64,000 nucleotides of DNA from Octopus vulgaris (taxonomy: Eukaryota), in NCBI GenBank assembly GCA_951406725.2, contig OX597814.1, positions 99,510,001 through 99,574,000 on the forward strand, read 5' to 3'. Position 1 is the first letter of the stretch; every line of letters starts with the position of its first letter. The notes under the pieces were generated by a model. It saw nothing but the letters and a program-made list of their open reading frames with translations, searched no databases and was not told where the DNA came from. Positions 55,880 to 64,000 of this stretch are shown here, in pieces. A program made the translations under genes and the position numbers.

Positions 55880-56625
55880 AGGACCTTTACCTTCTGACCG
55901 ACAGATTTGAAAAATAATTTTTTGTAACAAAACACTTTCAAACTTCGGACACTGGTAGAACGTGTCGTATAAAACATCTTTTACTCTTAGCGTTTTGAGA
56001 AAAGCTTATATTTAGGAAGTTATTTCACGTTAAAGTTGTAGTATTTCGGTAATTTTAACCAACCAATGACGTGTATTCAGGTGTATAAAATTACTGCCGT
56101 TGTTTCTCAACAACAACTATCGGCGGTGGATTTTTCGCTTGTCACTTTTATTTATGACATCGTGCATGCGTTTGTACTAGTTTTAGCTTTAAGGTTTTAG
56201 GGTTAGGGTTAGGGTTTTAGGGTTAAGGTGTGAGGGTTATGATTTTAGTGTTAGAGCTAGGGTTAAGTCTTTAGGGTTAGGGTTTTAAGGTTAGGGTTAG
56301 GGTTTTAGGGTTAAGGTTAAGGTTTTAGGGTTAGGGTTAGGGTTGTCATAAATAACAGTGACAAACGAAATATACACCGCCGGAAGTTCTTGCTGACAAG
56401 CAACAACAGTAATTTTATTTAGCTGAATACACGTCATTGATTAATTGAAACTACCGAAATAGGACAACTTTAACGTGAAATTACTTCGTAAATGGAAACT
56501 TTTCGCAAAAGCGCTATGGGTAAAAGATGTTTTATATGACACATTCTACCAGTGTCCGAAGTTTGAAAGTGTTTAGTTACTAAAAAGTATTTTATTAAAT
56601 CTGTCGATCAAAAGGTAAAGATCCC
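55880..56625. mobile_element. MITE with ~280-bp imperfect TIRs and an internal telomeric-repeat core
   Basis: Ends AGGACCTTTACCTTCTGACCGACAGATTT and AAATCTGTCGATCAAAAGGTAAAGATCCC. Flanks AGACTG/AGACTT are a probable 6-bp TSD. TTAGGG/TTTTAGGG repeats at ~56180-56345. Confidence 0.9.
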
Positions 56626-56654
56626 AGACTTAACTTGTTTAGTTTGTCACTTTG

Positions 56655-56800
56655 CAAGGTTGAATTCAAATGCCACTGAGGTCAACATGTAATTCAGTCC
56701 TTTTGAGATTGATAAAATAAAGTACTTGTCAAGCACTAAGAAATGTTCAGTTGACTATCCTTGTCCCCAAAATGTGTAACTTTGTCAGTATGGTACAAAT
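56655..56800 (+). mobile_element. SINE family A, decayed
   Basis: GAATTCAAATGCCACTGAGGTCAAC..GATAAAATAAAGTAC. Confidence 0.6.
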
Positions 56801-57819
56801 TTTTGTGAGACTTCTAACATATATACGCATTATTCCTGTTTTTGTTTTAAGTTTCTCTTTGTTTACTCTTGTGGCTGTAATTTCCACCAAGTATCTGATT
56901 TCCTTAGATTTATTCATACTAATTCTTTGTTATATATATATTTTAACACATATCTATAGCTGGCATTTTAACGCAATATAACAATTACCATTGTCAAAAT
57001 ATGAATTCTGAACGCTAAAATAAATAAATACATAAATAAAACACTCTAGTATGTCATATATTCTGTCACGAGATAACACCATCGAGGTTTTCAAAAACCA
57101 TCGCTGTTCCAAGCAACACCTCTTAAGAAAGGTTACTAGCAGTTTACTAATTGTCAGCAGAGAAGCAAAGATGTAGCGTTAAACAGATTAAACAAATAAC
57201 TATTATCAGGTAGGTGTGAATGAGCAAGCGTTAACTGGTCAAAACAAATGTTACTCAGTAAACAACGTTTCATATATCTGCCAAATCTTAACTAGTTCTC
57301 TACTGCGTAGTGCAATCGGCTTATTTTTTTTAAAAGTTACAGTTAAATAGAAGGGGTCGGCGTTTGTTCTTCTCAAGACCAGACTTTACTTAATGGCTTT
57401 GATTAATTCTAATATTTCTATTAATCATTAGCGAGTAGAAAGTCTGTGAGCACATTGTCAAAAAGAATTCCAGCAGTTTTTCTAGGAATAGATTACAATG
57501 TAGATCACTACCAAGAGGCTAGCAGTGGAACTGGCCCTTGGAGATTCTAAATACTAAATACTAAATCGATTCTGTTTTGCATGTTTTGTAAAAAAAATTC
57601 CACTACTAAGGACCTTCAGTGACGGAAGTGAGTCATGCAGTGTTTGACGAAGGAAAGAATGCATAATATGGCAGTTCAACAAGTACTAATTTGTTGAACT
57701 GCTGAGAGGATTACGCCTAGTAGAAAGATAGAAGTGTTACTATATAACTATTGGAGAATGGCTGCCCTTATACAAATCTCAGTGACTAGCTGATATGTTC
57801 TGCCTATTATATCCTTTCT

Positions 57820-58010
57820 ACAATAGTCACAAGTCTGAAAATTTTGGTGCCTGGGGCAAGTTGATAACCTCAATCTCAATGCTCAGTTGAGGTTTTTTTC
57901 ATTGACTCCAATGAATGAAGGGCAAAATTGACCGCGCGGAGTTTGAACTCAGAATGTAAAGCGCCGGAAGAAATGCCGCTTAGCATTTTATCTGGTGCGC
58001 TAATGTCTGA
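57820..58010 (-). mobile_element. SINE family A, decayed
   Basis: GAGTTTGAACTCAGAATGTAAAG..GAAATGCCGCTTAGCATT. Confidence 0.7.
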
Positions 58011-58929
58011 GCATGATCGCTGCCTTTGTCCTGCATATAATATCCTTTCTTTTATAGGCACAAAGGCTTGAGATTTTTTTGGAAAGGGCTACACACTAAA
58101 AGAATTATACTCTTGTTATACTGTAGTTAAATATTAATATAGTTTCGATGGACATTTGATCAATTTGGGTTAAGCCAAACTGTTCGGCAGGATTGACCAA
58201 ACTATCTGTCAGCTGTCCTAAGTACAAATGTTAGGGTCACCTTTTCAAAATTAGAATAGTTTCATTTGGTTGAGATTCGAAGTAAAAATTTTGTAATTCG
58301 TATTGTAAAGAGTATCCCTTAAAATATTTCGTATGTTCTTGTTCTCGACTTTTTACTCCTCAAATTAAATATGTTGAAGGACCATTGATGCATTAGAAAG
58401 TTGTACTGAAAGTTCAAGCGAAGGCGATGAAGCTAGCGATTTCTCGATTACTTCTCCGGTGTAATATCGCCTACATGATACTTCCGTGTAACTATGCAGT
58501 AATTACCTCAAAAAATATCTCAGAAACAAGTAATGACGTCTTGTTTGGTTCTTGGAGAAAAGAACGAGCTCATGTTGTGGGAAAAACTACATATTACATT
58601 AGATTCCTCTACTTCGAACGTTATCCCAAAATATTACAGCTGATGTTTATTGTAGAGTCATGATCGCATAAGGGCTAAGGGCAAATATGTGTTTTTGTGT
58701 TGAAGAATATTGCGTATTGTATAAAGGATATTTAGATTCTAATTCTACAGTTCTGATGGCCATATCAAGTTTCTTTAATTGTTATTTATTTGATTACTTT
58801 ATGGTTTGTGATAGAGATGTTCTGATATCGTAGATATTTAAGAAGTCTTTCAGTTTGTGAGTTATCTTTTATCTTTTACTTGTTAGAGTCATTATACAAA
58901 CACAGGTGCAGCAGACACACACATATATA

Positions 58930-59090
58930 TGTACAACAGGCTTCTTTCAATTTCCGTCTTCCAAATACACTCAAAAAGCTTTGGTCGGCTCTGGATTATA
59001 GTAGAAGACACTTGCCAAAAGTGCACGTAATAAAACTGAATCCAGAGCTATGTGGTTGGAAAACAATCATCTTACCATACAGCCACCTCT
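58930..59090 (-). mobile_element. SINE family B, 5' part
   Basis: GGCTTCTTTCAATTTCCGTC..TATAGTAGAAGACACTTGCC..CTTACCATACAGCCAC. Confidence 0.75.
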
Positions 59091-60444
59091 GAAGAATTTT
59101 GCTGAATCTTAAGATGACATTTTTTCTTTAACGTTTTCATTCGAACAAATTTTATAGGTAGAATGTTGCGTTGGAACGGACGTGATTGATAGGCTGAAAG
59201 TCACTTCATAAACACACAAGTGCAATCAGATTGTGATTAAGGACCAGCTAAAAAGAAAGTGTGAAGATCGCTGTCATTCCTGCAGGGAATCGGTATAAGC
59301 AGAAGAAGGGATTCCAATATGAGCTACAATTTGTGTTAACGGCATCGGAGAAATGGTATAAAACATTGAGGTATGCGGATCTGAACTTAAAATTTAAATT
59401 CAGGAACTTAAGTGGTCTATTACGATGTTGTTCCTGTACCGTTATTGATTTTCAACTAATCACAATAATGACAATAAACAGGAACTGAGATTAAGAAATA
59501 TGAAATATATTACGTAACGAAACGAAAGGTGAACTCAGTAAGCAGGAGACAGAAAGAGAAGAAAGAGAAGAAAGAAACAAAAAAGAAAAGAGAAAGAATA
59601 AGAAACAAATAACAGGCAGAAAGAGAGAAATAAAGAAAGCAGGAGGGATAGAATGAAAGAAAGAAAGAAAGAAAATCAGCAAGAAAAGCAGAAAGGCAGA
59701 CAGGCAGAAAGAAAGAATCAAATAAACGAAGATAGAAAGGGAAAGAAAAAAGAAAGAGAAAGAGAAAGAAAGAAAGGAAAAGGAAAAAAAAAGCTTATAA
59801 AAGAAAGAAATATTTAAAGTGAGAAAGAGTGAAAAAAAGCATGGGGAAGAACTAAATTAGAATAAGGTTGTACACTCAGATCAGTCATTTTGTTCCCATT
59901 TCCTCATGTTCCAGTTGTCTTCCTCCTTAATTCCCAACGGGAAGTTTATTACTATTATTAGTGGGGAGAGGGATGACCAAAATGTTCTGTTCCCCTGAAG
60001 ACATCTTAGATGGTGTGTTATTGTCCAGCGATCTTCTAAATACTCTCTCGAACAGCAGTCAGTTAACACGTCTTGTCTCCAGCCACAGAACTGAAAACCA
60101 GTTGTTGGAGATCACAATGACAAAGTCCTCTTCCTTCTACGCTATACTAGGGCGTTATCAAAAGCTTTGTAACAGAATAGCTGTTTCTTTACTGCAGTTC
60201 TCACTTCATTCTTGTGTCTGTCAGTTTGTTTAAGAGATTAGCTGTCAATTAGATTCAGTCTTTGACGAACCATATCCATATTTCTCAACTATACACGATT
60301 ACTGTCCAAATTATTCATTGGACTATCGAAATACTTGCTACATAATTAATTAATGCTTCTACTAATTAGACATGTCTTAGATGTCATTTTAACAGCTGTC
60401 GACACACAAACAACCACACATATGTTTGAATGTATATGTGTGTA

Positions 60445-60499
<55 letters not shown>

Positions 60500-60501
<2 letters not shown>

Positions 60502-60528
60502 TAGCAGAGATACCCGGCGTTGCTCGGA
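60500..60528 (-). mobile_element. Helitron-like 3' terminus
   Basis: Minus strand CCGAGCAACGCCGG hairpin, then GTATCTCTG, then CTAA|T (CTRR). Confidence 0.5.
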
Positions 60529-60554
60529 GTTAAAATAGCATAGATTATTTTTTT

Positions 60555-60725
60555 CGTTTTACTTGTTTCGAGCATGTGACTGCAGACATACTGGAGCACA
60601 CCTTTTAGTCGAATAAGTCGACCCCATAATTTATTCTATGTAAGCCTAGTACTTATTCTATCGGAGTGTTTTGCCAAACGGCTAAGTTACGGGGACGTAA
60701 ACACAGCAAAATCAGTTGTCAAGCG
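60555..60725 (-). mobile_element. SINE family B, 3' part
   Basis: TTTTACTTGTTTC..CTGGAGCAC..GTACTTATTCTATCGG..GTTGTCAAGCG. Confidence 0.8.
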
Positions 60726-60774
60726 AAGTGTACATTTAAACACAAAAGAGGTATCCATCATAGAACTACCAAGA

Positions 60775-60817
<43 letters not shown>

Positions 60818-60967
60818 AAAATATACACTAATAAGGATCTTTAAGTGCGATGATAGCATCATTAGACCATTTTAGCTCTTATTTCTAGCAATATAGGTGT
60901 TTCTAACACCTTAGTCACATGTAGTGACAATTTTAATTCTCCTCATACACACACAGGCACACACACA

Positions 60968-61040
<73 letters not shown>

Positions 61041-61611
61041 GTATATATGTGTGTGTGTATGTATGTATGTATTAAACTACAAGTCAGGATAAACCTCAGA
61101 GGGATAGAAATATCGCTTGAATATTTTATAATATAGGAACACCACACGCATATATTACTATTATGAAAACCACGAAAGAAGATGGAAATAAGATTAATAC
61201 AAATTTATTTATTAATACGTTGACAAGACCTAAAATTCTTTCAGCTCATCGCTTATAGTATAAAATCAATCAAATTAAATTAAATCAATTTGGTTATTTA
61301 TTATAAACCAGAATATCATCAGAAAGAACGTACAAAGAAATTTATACATATCATATTGAAAACATAATGAAAACATTAAATAATCAAATAGGAAAAATGC
61401 AGTGTACCATTAAGATTAATATGTAATGTAAAAATATATACAGTTATAAAAATAGTTATTGTCATAAATTAATATAAAAAAACAATAATGTTACTGCAGA
61501 CATACCCATGCGAAAATACGATAACTTAATTAATTTAGTAAATTAACTATACTTAGTTTTATATCCCTGTGTATGTATGTATGTATGTATGTATGTATGT
61601 ATGTATGTATG

Positions 61612-61682
<71 letters not shown>

Positions 61683-61829
61683 ATATTTCGGAATGGTCAT
61701 ATTTAAACGTATATATATATATATATATATATATGTTCTTAATCATATCAAAGGGAAATGGAAATTAATTAAAAATTCCGTTTACAGTGGCCTAACGTGT
61801 AAAAGTTTTGTCCAAAGACTGTATTAGTC

Positions 61830-62113
61830 ATAAAATACAGTGTACATTTAAACACACGAGGAATCCACTCATGGAATTTAACCCAAGGTGTTCCTGCTGA
61901 TGACGATTTCACATAGAGAGTATATGTGATTTACTTGCTAAACTAAAATCAGAAACCAAATGGTCCTGGAAACTAGATGTTAAAATGTTTTTTATTTTTT
62001 TCATTTCGTTTCTGTCGAATTTTATCCCTAATTTTGTGGTTATGGAACCTAGCTGTTCTTTCTAGCGTGTTGAATCCCACGAGTGGATTTCTCATGTGGT
62101 CAAATGTACACTG

Positions 62114-62120
<7 letters not shown>
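61830..62120 (+). mobile_element. ~290-bp element with ~50-bp imperfect inverted ends enclosing a hammerhead
   Basis: AAATACAGTGTACATTT..GAATCCACTCATGG versus CCACGAGTGGATTT..AAATGTACACTGTATTT. A fragment of the same end occurs at ~60728-60776. Confidence 0.8.
61890..61973 (+). ncRNA. Type I hammerhead ribozyme motif
   Basis: GUUCCUG-CUGAUGA-C-GAUUU-[..]-AAAUC-A-GAAAC-CAAAUG-GUC-CUGGAAAC. Predicted cleavage after 61965. Confidence 0.7.
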
Positions 62121-62157
<37 letters not shown>

Positions 62158-62189
62158 TGTGTATAAGAGTATGTGTACATGAGTATATG

Positions 62190-62248
<59 letters not shown>

Positions 62249-62372
62249 TTAATAAGAGTGAGAGAATTAGATACTAATTTAATAGTATATCTATTCAACA
62301 CCAAGTGGCCCAGTGCTCCGAGAAACCTGGATTATTATAATATTTTATAATATATTATAATATTTTTACAAA

Positions 62373-62769
62373 AATAAATATAAGAGAGTGGTCACTATAT
62401 GGCTCACTCTAGCACTAGTTAATCCAAAAGGTTTCAACCACAAAAATACATGTTTCCCATGAAAGTCAGTACGATTGTTAGCTCACACGAACAGGGCAAA
62501 TAAAAAATAACAAAAATACAGATTATTTTGGGACAATTGTTTCGCTATTAATGAATTAAATGTAATTTTACTTACAAAAAAATCCACTTGTAGCTCCTCA
62601 GCCAAAACTATCTGGATGAAATCCACTCAATCACACGCCAGATTTTACCATAACGATAAATACACGTGTGGTTCAATTGATTTGGGAAACATGTATTTTT
62701 GTGGTTGAAACCTTTTGGATTAACTAGTGCTAGAGTGAGCCATATAGTGACCACTCTCTTATATTTATT
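62373..62769 (-). mobile_element. ~400-bp element with perfect 87-bp inverted repeats enclosing an intact hammerhead
   Basis: 62373-62459 is the exact reverse complement of 62683-62769. Flanks are AT-rich or (TA)n. Confidence 0.92.
62519..62614 (-). ncRNA. Intact type I hammerhead ribozyme
   Basis: CAGAUAGUUUUGG-CUGAGGA-GCUA-[loop]-UAGC-GAAAC-AAUU-GUC^-CCAAAAUAAUCUG. All core nucleotides present; helix I pairs 12 of 13. Confidence 0.88.
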
Positions 62770-63083
62770 ATATATTATATATATATATATATGAAATACC
62801 TAATGGTTTCACTTCGCTAGTCCCATAATTTAATAACATGTCTATTGTTTTGTATATCACCATTTATCGTATTTTGAATAGGTATGTATACATTAACATT
62901 ATTGTTATTTATATTAATTTATGACAATAACTATTTTTATAACTACGTATTTTTATATTATGTATTAACTTTAATGGTGCACTATATTTTTCCGCTTTGA
63001 TTATTTAATGTTTTCCAGTTTGATTATCTAATGTTTCCATTGTGTTTTCATTATGATATATATAAATTTCCTTACTCGTTCTT

Positions 63084-63184
63084 CCCTGATGATATTCTAG
63101 CTTATAATAATTAGCCAAACGGATTTAAAGAAATTAAATTTGATTGACTTTATACTATAAGCAATGAACTGAAACAATTGTAGG
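63084..63184 (+). ncRNA. Type I hammerhead motif (outer right arm)
   Basis: CC-CUGAUGA-UAUUCUAGCUUAUA-[..]-UAUAAGCAAUGAACU-GAAAC-AAUU-GUA^-GG, with palindromic stem III ACAAUUGU. Helix I is short. Confidence 0.6.
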
Positions 63185-63362
63185 TCTTGCGAATGTACTG
63201 ATAAATAAATTTTGTATTCATATTATCTCCATCTTCTATCTTGTTTTTATATATATATATGTATGTGTGTGTATGTGTGTATGTTGTGTGTGCGTGTGTG
63301 TATTTATATATGTATATATATTTATATAAAGATATATATATATATATGAATATATATTATAT

Positions 63363-63425
<63 letters not shown>

Positions 63426-63780
63426 ATGTATCTTTATATTTATATGGGGAAGGTAGTTCTAGATAGAAGTCATGCTCAAATGCATATGCATCAAGGTATT
63501 CTTCAACCCTCTACGTTCTACCAGCCTACATACTGAAACCGACAGGGAAGCGAATGAATGTATGCGTGAATATGCCCTTACTTGGGATTTTAATATTTCA
63601 AACATATCTGGTGTGAGAGCTTTCCTATAATTGCGGGGATAATCTCAAATTAACAATTTTCGCTTAACTATTCTATATATGACACCCTATCTTATTTTTT
63701 ATCTCGTACTCTGAACGCTATCTGCAGATATTTTCCCTGGCCCATGTGTTTTATATTCCTTATTACCTCACTACATTCTC

Positions 63781-63855
<75 letters not shown>

Positions 63856-64000
63856 CATAGAGAGAGAGAGAGAGTGAGAGGGATAGCGCACAGGGCATAT
63901 GAATTTAACATTTAATTAATTCACTGCGTATTCATTGAAACAGCTGTAAAGGATGAATTTTCGATTTGTTGTTAATAATAAACAATTAACTTCCCAATTT

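Larger units (their letters stand above)
61177..63237. mobile_element. Large foldback: outer inverted arms 61177-61524 and 62864-63237, each with a hammerhead motif
   Basis: The arms are diverged reverse complements (AGAAGATGGAAATAA..AAAATACGATAA versus TTATCGTATTTT..TTATCTCCATCTTCT). Confidence 0.85.

Noticed and set aside
56180-56345. True telomere or chromosome end
   Set aside because: Short, degenerate and enclosed by MITE TIRs.

Overview
This is an AT-rich, microsatellite-dense eukaryotic window that looks intergenic or intronic. The SINE families resemble those of octopod cephalopods (Octopus); this is an inference, not a database match. I cannot support any host protein-coding gene, rRNA, tRNA gene or CRISPR array. 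Recognisable content is decayed mobile DNA: RTE, CR1-like, R4/Dong and Tx1-like LINE remnants, three mariner derivatives, three SINE families (about 25 copies or fragments), Helitron-like 3' ends, and a ~750-bp MITE carrying internal TTAGGG telomeric repeats. The main signal is a set of sequence-unrelated short elements that each contain a type I hammerhead ribozyme (HHR) motif: CUGANGA - stem II - GAAA - short palindromic stem III - GUH. Several are bracketed by long inverted repeats, and most sit in or beside (TA)n microsatellites. The best copy (62519-62614, minus strand) is fully intact inside perfect 87-bp inverted repeats, within a nested ~2-kb foldback (61177-63237) holding four HHR motifs. 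This most likely reflects non-autonomous Penelope-like or retrozyme-like ribozyme retroelements. All structures were folded by eye and need computational and biochemical confirmation.
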